Assembly: GCA_046597055.1 (NCBI GenBank)
Contig: JBKJLC010000267.1
Span: forward strand, 1-12,029
Source of the DNA: Kofleriaceae bacterium
GTDB lineage: Bacteria > Myxococcota_A > Polyangia > Haliangiales > Haliangiaceae
Reading direction: 5' to 3'
DNA: 12,029 bases
Part shown: piece after piece, positions 1 through 11,282 of the stretch
How positions within the stretch are numbered: the first letter of the stretch is position 1
How the letters are laid out: every line of letters begins with the position of its first letter
Translations under genes and position numbers: made by a program
The notes under the pieces: generated by a model
What the model was told of the DNA's origin: nothing
Databases searched by the model: none
The model's input: only the letters and a program-made list of their open reading frames with translations

Positions 1-101
1 CGCTGGTGCGGGCGTCGACCGGGTGCCGGCTTGCGGCCCGCGCCGGGACGGCGACCGCCGTGGGTCCGGAACTCGAGCGTGGTCTGCCGCGGCGTCGCCA
101 T
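1..101 (-). CDS. 5' end (33 codons, runs off the window) of a probable REP-associated tyrosine (Y1/HUH, RAYT-like) transposase; not in the ORF track
   Basis: ATG at 101-99 reads MATPRQTTLEFRTHGGRRPGAGRKPAPGRRPHQ. As I recall it, the RQxxLxF-xxGGxRxGAGRKP N-terminus is typical of myxobacterial RAYT-like proteins. A good sigma70 promoter lies directly upstream. The HUH and catalytic Tyr motifs would lie outside the window, and GGxRxGAGRK also occurs in other small DNA-binding proteins. Confidence 0.55.
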   Translation of the reverse strand, partial: MATPRQTTLEFRTHGGRRPGAGRKPAPGRRPHQ

Positions 102-114
102 CTTGATTGCACCG

Positions 115-142
115 ATAATAACAGAGGGACGCGCCACGTCAA
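115..142 (-). promoter_or_regulatory. Sigma70-type promoter for the left-edge gene
   Basis: The minus strand reads TTGACG (142-137), a 16-nt spacer ending in TGT, then TATTAT (120-115). This is a -35 plus an extended -10 (TGnTATTAT), 13 nt before the ATG at 101. It is a rare AT-rich patch in this window. Confidence 0.7.
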
Positions 143-276
143 GATTGGGTTGGGACAGGCACGGATGTGACCAGCGCTCAGCGCTCGATAGCGGAGCTCG
201 GCACGACGGTCCGCGGGTCTTCGGGTTCGTCCGACCGCGTGGTGGGTCAAGGCCGGAGGCATGGCGCCCGCGGCTG

Positions 277-445
277 GGCTGTGGACTTGCCGCGCCTGTG
301 GAGAGCGCGCCTGACGAGGTGCGAGCAGCGAGCGGGCCGGGAGCGCGGGCGCGACTCCCCACAGGCGCTTGGAAAACCGCGCCTTCGAGGCGTGGGGGGG
401 CGGCTGGTGGCTCGCTGGGCGCGCCTTTCCACAAGGCCCACAGCC
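277..445. other. Non-coding nested inverted-repeat element (three-stem junction) built on TGTGG/CCACA motifs
   Basis: Outer stem: GGCTGTGG 277-284 / CCACAGCC 438-445. Arm 1: GCGCCTGTGG 292-301 / CCACAGGCGC 359-368, extended by CGCGCC 306-311 / GGCGCG 348-353. Arm 2: TGGAAA 370-375 / TTTCCA 426-431, plus CGCGCC 378-383 / GGCGCG 418-423. Confidence 0.7.
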
Positions 446-529
446 GCGCCGGCCCCAGACCCTGATTTTAAAAAACTTCTCGGATCCGGAGCGATGCGGG
501 GAGGATCCCAGCGCGGCATCCCAGCCATG

Positions 530-703
530 GGTGCCGCCGGTGCTGCCGGTGCCGCCGGTGCCGCCGCCGCCGCTGCCGGTGCTGCCGGTGCTGCCGTTGC
601 CGCTGCCGCTGCCGCTGCCGCTGCCGCTGCCGCTGCCGCTGCCGGTGCCGGTGCCGGTGCCGGTGCCGCTGCCGGTGCCGCTGCCGCTGCCGCTGCCGCT
701 GCC
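530..703. repeat. Simple tandem repeat: GGTGCYGCC nonamers followed by 18 G(C/G/T)TGCC hexamers
   Basis: Read directly. 596-703 is GTTGCC, (GCTGCC)7, (GGTGCC)4, GCTGCC, GGTGCC, (GCTGCC)4. 530-595 is made of related 9-mers and GCC triplets. Confidence 0.95.
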
Positions 704-773
704 GTGCGTCGGCGCGGCAGTCCTGCAGCCGGCGTCCCGCGCCTCCCGGACCCGTCGGGCGCGGCCGAACTGA

Positions 774-2264
774 CTAGAACGTGCCGGTCGCGACCGCGCC
801 ACCGGGACCGACGCCGAGCCGGAGCGTGCCGGTCGAGGGGCGGCGGTCGACCAGGAAGAAGTAGGTGGTCACGCCGAGGCCGACCACCGTGAGGCCGAAG
901 CCGATGTCGGCGAAGCGCGCGGCGTTCTGGCCGCTCGACTTGAGGTCCTGCAGCATCGGGTCGCGGGTGCCGACGCCGGCGAGCCGGGCCCGCGCCGCGT
1001 AGTCGTCCTCCTTGGCCAGCGCCGACAGGCTGAACGCGCCGGCGGCGAACAGGACCGCGCCGCTCGCCGCGCCCGCGATCAGCGCGCGCTTCTGATCGTC
1101 GCGGACCAGCCGGCGGGGCTCGAGCCGCACGCGCTGATCGGCTTCGAACGCAGCCCGGGTGCGGTACGGCCGGTAGCCCGGGACCGTGACCTCGACGGTG
1201 TGCTCGCCGGCGGGGAGCTCGATCGGGGCCGCCAGGGGCGTGGTTCCGACTGGCTGGTCATCGACGCGCACGCGCGCGCCGGCGGGGGTGCCGGCGAGCT
1301 CGACGAACGCGCCGAGTCGGTCGAGCGTGATCGCCAGCCGGTAGTCGGGCCCGCGGTCGGCGGGGATCTCGAGCCGCGTCTCGCGGTGCTTCGGCGCCCG
1401 CGCGACCAGCACGTGCGCGCCGACGGGCAGCTCGACCTGGCCGTCCTTGATCGGCAGCGGCTTGCCGTCGAGCTCGAGCGTGGCGACGGCTGGCGAGACC
1501 GTGGCGGTGACCAGCGGCACCAGGACCAGGTCGACGTCGATCGGTGCGCCCTCGCGGGCGACCAGCTCGCGGCGCACGGTCGCGTGGCCGGGCAGGGTGA
1601 CCACGAGTTCGTGCGTGCCGGCCGGCACCTTCGCGGTGGGCTCGACCGGCTTGCCGTCGAGCGTGAGCCCGGCGCCCGCCGGCGCGACCTTGATCGTGAG
1701 CGGCGATGGCTGCTCGGCAGGGCTGACCGGGATCGTCGCGATCTTGCCGGTGACCACCGTCACGCGGCCGGTCCAGCGATCGAACCCGGGCCGCTCGGCG
1801 ATCACCTTGTAGTCGCCGGGCAGCATCGGGCGCTTGCACGGTGTGGTGCAGAACACGCCGTCCACCTTGGTATCGAGGTAGATCGCCGTCGGGTCGACGC
1901 TGCTGGTGATCTCGAGGAAGGTCGTCTTCACCGCGCGCAGGTTGTTGACGATCTTTTGCGCCTCGCGCTTCTTCGCGCCCTGGGCGCCGGCGTCCAGGTA
2001 GGCCTGATACGCGGCCAGCGCGTTGGCGTAGTCGCGCATCTTCAGGTGCAGGCTGCCCTTGAGCTGGAGCAGCTTGAGGTCAGTCGGGACCGCCGCGAGG
2101 CCCTCCTCGACCAGCGTCAGCGCTGGCTCGTTGTCGTCGGTGGCCGCGAGCGCGGCCGCTTCCTTGTAGCGAGCGCGCGCGACGTCGTCGGGGGCGGCCC
2201 GTGCCTCACCCGCGAGCAACCCGAGGAGCGCGCTCGACGCCAACATGCGCACCACCCGACGCAT
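774..2264 (-). CDS. Secreted TPR-like + PEGA-domain protein (about 496 aa) with a hydrophobic C-terminal region
   Basis: Probable start is the ATG at 2264 (MRRVVRMLASSALLGLLAGEARA-APDD, a Sec signal with AxA); 2246 is an alternative. Next come TPR-like helices (RDYANALAAYQAYL) and four PEGA-type beta units (e.g. TPAGARVRVDDQPVGTTPLAAPIELPAGEHTVEVTVPGY). Two hydrophobic segments follow, and the protein ends ...GAVATGTF. The track start at 2456 overlaps the divergent kinase. Confidence 0.88.
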   Translation of the reverse strand: MRRVVRMLASSALLGLLAGEARAAPDDVARARYKEAAALAATDDNEPALTLVEEGLAAVPTDLKLLQLKGSLHLKMRDYANALAAYQAYLDAGAQGAKKREAQKIVNNLRAVKTTFLEITSSVDPTAIYLDTKVDGVFCTTPCKRPMLPGDYKVIAERPGFDRWTGRVTVVTGKIATIPVSPAEQPSPLTIKVAPAGAGLTLDGKPVEPTAKVPAGTHELVVTLPGHATVRRELVAREGAPIDVDLVLVPLVTATVSPAVATLELDGKPLPIKDGQVELPVGAHVLVARAPKHRETRLEIPADRGPDYRLAITLDRLGAFVELAGTPAGARVRVDDQPVGTTPLAAPIELPAGEHTVEVTVPGYRPYRTRAAFEADQRVRLEPRRLVRDDQKRALIAGAASGAVLFAAGAFSLSALAKEDDYAARARLAGVGTRDPMLQDLKSSGQNAARFADIGFGLTVVGLGVTTYFFLVDRRPSTGTLRLGVGPGGAVATGTF

Positions 2265-2270
2265 CGCCCG

Positions 2271-2276
2271 ATTGTA
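2271..2276 (-). promoter_or_regulatory. -10 element (TACAAT), probable leaderless promoter of the PEGA gene
   Basis: The minus strand reads TACAAT-cgggcg-ATG(2264): a 5/6 match to TATAAT, 6 nt before the ATG, with no room for an SD sequence. Confidence 0.6.
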
Positions 2277-2316
2277 GGTGAGCCGCCCCGGTTGGTCCAT
2301 CCTCTCGGCGGACTGT

Positions 2317-2330
2317 CGCGCGCGCGCGCG
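2317..2330. repeat. (CG)7 alternating purine-pyrimidine tract in the divergent intergenic region
   Basis: CGCGCGCGCGCGCG read directly at 2317-2330. Confidence 0.9.
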
Positions 2331-2336
2331 TTCGCG

Positions 2337-2342
2337 TACGCT
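2337..2342 (+). promoter_or_regulatory. Possible -10 element (TACGCT) for the kinase operon
   Basis: TAnnnT hexamer 10 nt before the ATG at 2353. No SD and no recognisable -35. Confidence 0.3.
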
Positions 2343-2352
2343 GCCCATCCGC

Positions 2353-4575
2353 ATGAGGGTGTGCACGCGATGCCAGGGTCTGCTCACGCTCGACGCGCTG
2401 ACCTGTCCCGCGGATGGTGCGCCGGCGCAGGAGGTCGAGACCCTGCCCACCGGCACGCTGCTCGGCGCCTACAAGATCGAGCGGGTGCTGGGCGAGGGCG
2501 GCATGGGCTTCGTCTACGAGGCGACCCACGAGGTCCTGCGCCGCCGCGCCGCGATCAAGCTGCTACGACCCGAGCTGGCGCCGCATGCCCAGATCGTGAC
2601 GCGGTTCCTTCAGGAGGCCAAGGCGGTCAACCTGATCGACCACCCCAACATCATCAACGTCTACGACTTCGGCGAGGGCGCCGACGGCAGCGTCTACTTC
2701 GTGATGGAGTTCCTCGCGGGCGAGACCCTCGACGACCTCATGCGCCGGCGCAAGCCGCTGCCGGTCCCGCTGCTGCTGCACACGTTCGGTCAGATCGCGA
2801 AGGCGCTGGTCGCCGCCCACGCCAAGCAGATCGTGCACCGCGATCTGAAGCCGGCCAACGTCTACGTGATCGCGCGCGAGGGCAACCCGTACTTCATCAA
2901 GCTGCTCGACTTCGGCATCGCGCAGCTGCGCGGCGAGGGCGCGATCAAGGGGCTCACCACCGCCGGCATGGTGCTCGGCACACCGCAGTACATGAGCCCC
3001 GAGCAGATCGCCGGCGAGCCGATCGACGCGCGCACCGACGTCTGGGCGCTCGGCGTGATGCTCTATCGCGCGGCCACCGGGCACGCGCCGTTCCAGGGCG
3101 ACGGCTTCCAGCAGCTGGCGGCGACCATCCTGAAGGACACGCCGCGGTCGCCGCGCGAGCTGGTGCCTGGCCTGCCGGTGCAGCTCGACCAGCTCGTGAT
3201 GAGCTGCCTCGAGCGGAAGGTGGCGGATCGCTGCCAGTCGGTGGCCGAGGTGATCGCCGGGCTCGAGCGGGTCAAGCGCGAGCTCGGCCTCGACGACGAC
3301 CGGATCCTCGCCGGGGTCGTCACCGACGCCGGGACCACGCCGACCACGCCGCCCACGGCGCCCGCCGGCGAGCCAGCGCGCACCCGCGGCAGCCTCGCCG
3401 CCTCGCTACCGCAGTACCAGGGCGCGGACGTCCTGGTCCGGTCGCCGGCGGTCTCGGCCCCGGTCGCGGCGGCCCCCGGGACGCCCGGTCGCTCGCGCGC
3501 CACGCTCGTCGCGGCCGGTGGCGCCGCGCTGCTGATGGTCGCCGCCGCGATCTACCTCGGCGTCGGCCGCGGGCGGCCCGCGCAGACGACGGCCGAGGCG
3601 TCGGCTCCCAGCCCGGTCACAGCGCCGCCCGGGGTCACGCCGCCGGCGCCGGTCAGGCCAGCCACGCCGCCGGTACCCGGCGGCTCGTCGCAGACGATCG
3701 CCGTCGCGTTCGCGCGCGGCGACACCGCCGAGGTGCGCCGGCTCGCGGACGCCGCCGTGCACGCGGCGATCGCCTCGGGGAACCTCCAGGAACAGGGCCT
3801 CGCGGTCGACGCGCTCGCGGCGGTCCGCACCGTCAGCGGTGCGCCGCACCTGTACCTGGCGCTGAAGGGCTCGCCCGAGGTGCGCGTGAAGGCCGCGCGC
3901 GCGCTCGGCGAGCTGGCGCTGCCCGATGCCGCGCCCAAGGTGCGCGCGGCGCTCGCCGAGTCGGGCGACAAGGTCAAGGTCGAGCTGGCCGCGGTGCTGG
4001 TTCGCCTCGGCGACCAGGATGCCCGCGCGATCCTCGAGCGTGCGGTCGACGATCCCGGCATGCGGCTGGTGGCGGCGCTCGCGCTGGTCGACCTCGGCCA
4101 GGGCCCGCGGGCGCGCCCGGTCCTCACCGACCTGTTCGACAGCACGCCCGCCGGTCGCGAGCCGTGGCGCCGCGCCGCGGGAGGCCTCACCAAGCTCGGC
4201 GACGCCAGGGCGCGGGCGGCGCTCGAGGCCGAGCTCGCGCAACCCGACGCGGCGCGGGCCGTGGCCGCGGCCGCGCTGCTGGTCGCGCTCGGCGACGCGA
4301 AGGCCAAGGCGTACCTGGGCCGCGTGGCCACCGACGCGGCCTTCGCGCGGCGTGGCGAGGCCGCGCTCGCGCTGGCGCGGGTGGGCGACGCCGCCGGCGC
4401 CGGCTGGGTCGCCGGCGGGCTGGCCAGCGCCGATCGGGCCGAACGCGTCCAGGCGATCGCCACCGCGGCGAGCCTCCATGACCCGGCGCACCACCCCGAG
4501 CTCGCCCAGCTCGCGACCGACGATCCCGATCGCGGCGTGCGGCTCACCGCCGCGGCCGCGCTGATCGGACCCTGA
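2353..4575 (+). CDS. Membrane-anchored Hanks-type Ser/Thr protein kinase with about 9 C-terminal HEAT-like repeats (about 740 aa)
   Basis: Likely ATG at 2353 (MRVCTRC...CPADG, a zinc-ribbon-like N-terminus). Kinase motifs are GEGGMGFV, AAIK, FLQE, HRDLKPAN, DFG, GTPQYMSPE and DVWALG. A Pro-rich linker leads to a TM segment (about 3505-3567), then roughly 31-aa repeats such as PEVRVKAARALGEL and DRGVRLTAAAALI. Confidence 0.93.
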   Translation: MRVCTRCQGLLTLDALTCPADGAPAQEVETLPTGTLLGAYKIERVLGEGGMGFVYEATHEVLRRRAAIKLLRPELAPHAQIVTRFLQEAKAVNLIDHPNIINVYDFGEGADGSVYFVMEFLAGETLDDLMRRRKPLPVPLLLHTFGQIAKALVAAHAKQIVHRDLKPANVYVIAREGNPYFIKLLDFGIAQLRGEGAIKGLTTAGMVLGTPQYMSPEQIAGEPIDARTDVWALGVMLYRAATGHAPFQGDGFQQLAATILKDTPRSPRELVPGLPVQLDQLVMSCLERKVADRCQSVAEVIAGLERVKRELGLDDDRILAGVVTDAGTTPTTPPTAPAGEPARTRGSLAASLPQYQGADVLVRSPAVSAPVAAAPGTPGRSRATLVAAGGAALLMVAAAIYLGVGRGRPAQTTAEASAPSPVTAPPGVTPPAPVRPATPPVPGGSSQTIAVAFARGDTAEVRRLADAAVHAAIASGNLQEQGLAVDALAAVRTVSGAPHLYLALKGSPEVRVKAARALGELALPDAAPKVRAALAESGDKVKVELAAVLVRLGDQDARAILERAVDDPGMRLVAALALVDLGQGPRARPVLTDLFDSTPAGREPWRRAAGGLTKLGDARARAALEAELAQPDAARAVAAAALLVALGDAKAKAYLGRVATDAAFARRGEAALALARVGDAAGAGWVAGGLASADRAERVQAIATAASLHDPAHHPELAQLATDDPDRGVRLTAAAALIGP

Positions 4576-4579
4576 GGAG
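4574..4579 (+). promoter_or_regulatory. Shine-Dalgarno GAGGAG overlapping the upstream stop codon
   Basis: TGAGGAGccaccGTG: the SD is 5 nt before the GTG at 4585. Confidence 0.75.
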
Positions 4580-4584
4580 CCACC

Positions 4585-8651
<4,067 letters not shown>

Positions 8652-8655
<4 letters not shown>

Positions 8656-9737
8656 GCCGCGCGGCCCTCGCGCGGGTCGGCGGGCTCGTCGCGGTCGCCC
8701 TGGGCGGCCTGGTCGGCTGCCAGACGGTCGTGGCGTTCGACGACGTCGTCGAGCGCGGCGCGCAGTGCGGCGACGGCATCGACAACGATGGCGATGGCCC
8801 GTTCGACTGCGAGGATCCGGCGTGCGCGCTCGCGCCGGCCTGCAGCGGCTGCGGCAACGGGGTGCCCGATGACGGCGAGCAGTGCGACGACGGCAACGCC
8901 ATCCCCGACGACGGCTGCAGCCCGGACTGCACCTTCGACCCGTGCGGCAACAGCGCAGGGGATCCTGGCGAGCGCTGCGACGACGGCAACCGCGACGACA
9001 CCGACAGCTGTCCGTCGACCTGCCAGCCGGCGGTGTGCGGCGACGGCTTCGTCCATGCGGGCAACGAGGCGTGCGACGACGGCAACGCCGACGACACCGA
9101 CGACTGCCCGTCCACGTGCAACCGAGCGCGGTGTGGCGACGGCTTCGTCCAGGCCGGCGCCGAGGCGTGCGACGACGGCAACCTCGCGACCAACGACGGC
9201 TGCGGCCCGTGCGTGATCGAACGGTGCGGCGACGGCATCGCGCAGACGAGCCGGCCGCTGACGCAGATCGCCTTCCGCTGGCTGGCCTCGAGCTGCACCG
9301 GGCCCGCCGATATCCAGTTCCGGATCACCAATTCGCTCGGGCAGACGTTCGAGCATGTCGCGCAGGCCGACGCCGGCAGCTGCACGTGCGCGCCGCCCGA
9401 GGGCTATCGCACCGTCGTCGCCCCGGCCACCGCGGTCGACGTGATCCTGAACGGCCCGACCCAGCTGACGGTCGACTTCTCGGGCCCCGGCCACTACCTG
9501 GCCTGGGCGGTGGTGAGCGTCTACGACCAGAGCGAGACCGAGCGGCCTTACCTCGTCTACGAGGGCGCGCCTGGGGTCGGGCTCGCGCGGGCGTCGAGCC
9601 TGTGCACCGGCGGCTTCGACGAGGACGTCCCGGTCACCACGGCGACGCCGGTCATCCCGTCCTTCGAGACGTGCGACGACGGCAACCAGACCGACCGCGA
9701 CGGGTGCGACCGCAACTGCACGAGAGGGGTCCAGTGA
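8652..9737 (+). CDS. Lipoprotein with Myxococcus cysteine-rich (DUF4215 / myxo_disulf_rpt-type) repeats (about 361 aa)
   Basis: Probable TTG start overlapping the kinase 2 stop (TTGA 8652-8655). Signal with lipobox LVGC (Cys23, 8718). An acidic CGDGIDNDGDGPFDCEDPAC motif is followed by four intact CGxG..ExCDDGN...C...C repeats and a fifth split by an insert. Confidence 0.85.
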
Positions 9738-11212
9738 TGGCAACGCTTCGCGCCAGCTGGCTGGTGCCCCTCATCGCGATCGTCGGCTGCGCGGACCTGT
9801 CCGGCTCCGAGCCTGGTGGCCAGGTCCGGGCGGCTGGCGCGGCCTCGCTGACCGCGCCGGCCCCGACCGACTTCGGGGGCGTGCCGGTCGGCCAGCGGTC
9901 GATGCCGTCCGAGATCCGGCTGGTGAACACCGAGACGGTGCCGGTCACGGTCACCGCGGTCACCACGACGGCGCCGTTCGACATCGCGGCTGTGCCGACG
10001 CTGCCGGTGACGCTCCCGTCCGGCGCCGGGCTCGCGGTGACCGTGACGTTCGCGCCGACCGGCCCGGGCCCGGCATCGGGGCAGCTGACGTTCGTGAGCG
10101 ACGCGCCCGACAGCCCGACCGTGGCTGCGCTCGACGGGTTCGGGCTCGCGCCTGGCCTCACGATCGACGCGCCGCTGGTCGATTTCGGCTTCCAGCGGGT
10201 CGGGACGTCGAACCGCCGCATCGCGCTGGCCGCCAACACCGGCACGACCGCGCTCACGATCAGCGCGATCACGGCCCCGGCGCCGTTCACGGTCCTGGCG
10301 CCGACGGGCCCGCTGCGGCTGCTGCCGAACGAATCGGTGTCGGTCGAGATCGAGTTCGCGCCGACCGCGCCGGGCGCGGTCACCGCGGTCGTCACGCTCA
10401 GCCATGACGCGGCGGGCAGCCCGACCTCGATCGATCTCGCCGGGGTCGGCACCGTCCCCGGGCTGACGCCGCGGACCATTCTGGTCGACCTCGGGAAGGT
10501 CTTCCTCGGCGCGACCAGCCCGGCCGGGTCGCTCGAGCTGGTCAACACGGGCGACGTCCCCTACGTGATCTCGGCGGTCACCGCGCCCGCGCCGTTCGCG
10601 GTCACCGGGCCAACCCTGCCGCGCAGCGTGCTGCCGGGCGCGGAGGTGGCCTTCGTGGTGACCTTCGCGCCGAGCGCGACCGGCCCGACGACCGGCGCCC
10701 TGATGATCACCAGCACCGCGCCCAACGCCCCCCGGGTCACGCTGAGCGGCGAGGGCTCCAGCGCGGTGCCGATCACGGTCGAGCCCCGCGACCTCGGGTT
10801 CGGAGGCGTCGGGGTCGACACCATCAGCGCGCCGCAGCGCCTCACGCTGCGCAACGCCACGTCCGAGCCGGTCTTCATCACGAGCGTGATGGCCACGCCG
10901 CCGTTCACCCGCGCCTCGATGACCTTGCCGGCGCTGGTCCTGCCCGACGCGATCCTCTCGATCAACGTGATGCTCGCGCCGATCGCGGCCGGGCCGGTGA
11001 CCGGCACCCTCGTCATCGTCACCGATGTCGGCACGGTCCCCGCGGGGCTCTCGGGCGCTGGCGTCACCGACGAGCCACCCGCCGATGGCGGCTGCGCCAC
11101 CGGCGGCCCCGCTCCGGCGGGCGGGCTTGGCCTGGCCGCGCTGGCCCTGCTCGGCCTGCGCCGGCATCGGTCGCGGGCGAGCTGCCGCCGTGGCCGGCGC
11201 ACGCACCGCTGA
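9737..11212 (+). CDS. Surface protein with four Ig-like ASH/choice-of-anchor D-type repeats and a MYXO-CTERM-like tail (about 491 aa)
   Basis: The ATG at 9737 overlaps the upstream stop (TGATG; in-frame GTG at 9734 is an alternative), with purine-rich GAGAGGGG at 9722-9729. The signal has an IVGC lipobox (Cys18). Four roughly 100-aa repeats follow the pattern DFG.V.VG...L.NTG...PF...V.FAP...G.L...L.G.G. The C-terminus is DGGCATGGPAPAGGLGLAALALLGLRRHR. The track ORF extension to 8882 is a shadow of the upstream gene. Confidence 0.87.
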   Translation: MATLRASWLVPLIAIVGCADLSGSEPGGQVRAAGAASLTAPAPTDFGGVPVGQRSMPSEIRLVNTETVPVTVTAVTTTAPFDIAAVPTLPVTLPSGAGLAVTVTFAPTGPGPASGQLTFVSDAPDSPTVAALDGFGLAPGLTIDAPLVDFGFQRVGTSNRRIALAANTGTTALTISAITAPAPFTVLAPTGPLRLLPNESVSVEIEFAPTAPGAVTAVVTLSHDAAGSPTSIDLAGVGTVPGLTPRTILVDLGKVFLGATSPAGSLELVNTGDVPYVISAVTAPAPFAVTGPTLPRSVLPGAEVAFVVTFAPSATGPTTGALMITSTAPNAPRVTLSGEGSSAVPITVEPRDLGFGGVGVDTISAPQRLTLRNATSEPVFITSVMATPPFTRASMTLPALVLPDAILSINVMLAPIAAGPVTGTLVIVTDVGTVPAGLSGAGVTDEPPADGGCATGGPAPAGGLGLAALALLGLRRHRSRASCRRGRRTHR

Positions 11213-11267
11213 CCTGCCCGCGCGGTGAGCCCTGGGCTCGCGCCAGGCGACGATCGCGGTCGCGCGG

Positions 11268-11276
11268 TGGTAGGGT
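11268..11276 (+). promoter_or_regulatory. Extended -10 (TGgTAGGGT), probable leaderless promoter of the PAS gene
   Basis: TGG-TAGGGT-gcgatc-ATG(11283): TAnnnT with a TGn extension, 6 nt before the ATG, the same spacing as at the PEGA gene. Confidence 0.5.
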
Positions 11277-11282
11277 GCGATC

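Noticed and set aside
212..239. Small hairpin with a TTCG loop (CGCGG..TCGGG-TTCG-TCCGA-CCGCG)
   Set aside because: It is short, bulged and GC-rich with no U-tract, and cannot be told apart from chance.
279..442. TGTGGA/TCCACA motifs as DnaA boxes of a replication origin
   Set aside because: Only CTTTCCACA (425-433) approaches TTWTNCACA. There is no extended AT-rich unwinding region and no dnaA/rep gene in view, and the motifs are better explained as stem partners.
530..703. Repeat tract as a CRISPR array
   Set aside because: It consists of contiguous 6-9 bp units with no unique spacers, and no cas genes are present.
31..892. Track ORFs 31..465, 167..892, 369..773 and 247..528
   Set aside because: They have no domain signal. 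Their length comes from GC richness and the tandem repeat (poly-Ala/Gly or Leu-Pro readings), and they overlap a promoter and a structured element.
11227..11239. Palindrome GAGCCC-T-GGGCTC after the Ig-repeat gene as a terminator or operator
   Set aside because: There is no U-tract and the loop is too small for the full stem. A single 6-bp arm in GC-rich DNA is not enough support.
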